From contig JAYOYH010000007.1 in assembly GCA_038153405.1 (NCBI GenBank), positions 43,096-107,095 on the forward strand: a stretch of DNA of 64,000 bases, given 5' to 3'. Under the pieces are notes generated by a model. It ran no database searches and was not told where the DNA came from. It saw nothing but the letters and a program-made list of their open reading frames with translations. The translations under genes were made by a program, and so were the position numbers. Positions 63,855 to 64,000 of this stretch are shown piece by piece (position 1 is the first letter of the stretch; every line of letters starts with the position of its first letter). Source of the DNA: Gemmatimonadota bacterium (GTDB taxonomy: Bacteria > Latescibacterota > UBA2968 > UBA8231).

Positions 63855-64000
63855 CGAAGAAAAATGCGATGGAAGTTATGCGAACTGGGCGCTGGCTGTG
63901 GTGTTGCGTACTGCTGTGCTTTAGCTGCGGGACGCCGGAGCGCATTCGGCCGGGTGAACCAGTTAGAGTTGTCCTATGGGAATTCGGCGGCGTGCCCGGG
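63855..64000 (+). CDS. 5' end of a lipoprotein gene, possibly an ABC-type solute-binding protein; truncated by the window end
   Basis: The frame starting ATG 63855/63864 gives MRTGRWLWCCVLLCFSCGTPE (lipobox) and then VRVVLWEFGGVPG, with no stop before the window ends. Confidence 0.4.

Noticed and set aside
1-64000. tRNA, rRNA, CRISPR arrays, insertion sequences, prophage or integrase genes
   Set aside because: No direct-repeat arrays were seen. No tRNA-like acceptor/T-arm sequences appeared in the few intergenic regions longer than 100 nt. No transposase or integrase-like ORFs were found. The window looks like stable chromosomal core and accessory-envelope DNA rather than a mobile island.

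Overview
This is a GC-rich (roughly 60-65% by eye), densely coding bacterial chromosomal segment of Gram-negative type, judging from lipoprotein signals and beta-barrel C-termini. I saw no rRNA, tRNA, CRISPR array, transposase or integrase. The first ~12 kb is housekeeping and small-molecule metabolism: a 5'-truncated malate dehydrogenase, two SAM methyltransferases, a HAD hydrolase, alanine racemase, a DapA-family lyase, a PhyH dioxygenase, a sulfatase, type-II argininosuccinate synthase on the opposite strand, an amidohydrolase, a CaCA exchanger and an SDR oxidoreductase. Positions 12.3-17.4 kb hold a four-gene operon ending in a divergent MotA/ExbB-like and ExbD-like pair, followed by convergent coiled-coil envelope proteins. 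Positions 17.5-29.1 kb are a paralog-rich cluster of three CRTAC1/ASPIC-UnbV FG-GAP proteins, TPR proteins, a HEAT-repeat lipoprotein and two hypothetical secreted/membrane proteins, mostly one long minus-strand operon. Positions 29.4-48.0 kb are the most striking part: a plus-strand super-operon with two paralogous ~1000-aa predicted outer-membrane beta-barrel proteins carrying a conserved acidic Ca-binding-like insert. The same operon also encodes two paralogous ~255-aa lipoproteins, a discoidin plus FlgD-Ig protein, a FadL/PorV-like small OMP, a 1090-aa TPR protein, ExbB-ExbD-ExbD with no TonB, and a SurA/parvulin-type PPIase. I read this as a candidate undescribed proton-motive-force-driven trans-envelope machine. 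Positions 48.1-56.8 kb encode two giant polytopic membrane proteins and a 1551-aa fusion of a degenerate M28/PA peptidase-like ectodomain to an FtsX/MacB-type permease, with no ATPase nearby. A third paralog of the giant membrane protein lies at 60.8-62.8 kb next to a second CBM9-like protein. The end of the window holds Gfo/Idh/MocA, RraA-like, Zn-ADH and a second PhyH dioxygenase. All functional calls are by eye from motifs in the supplied translations; no database search was possible.
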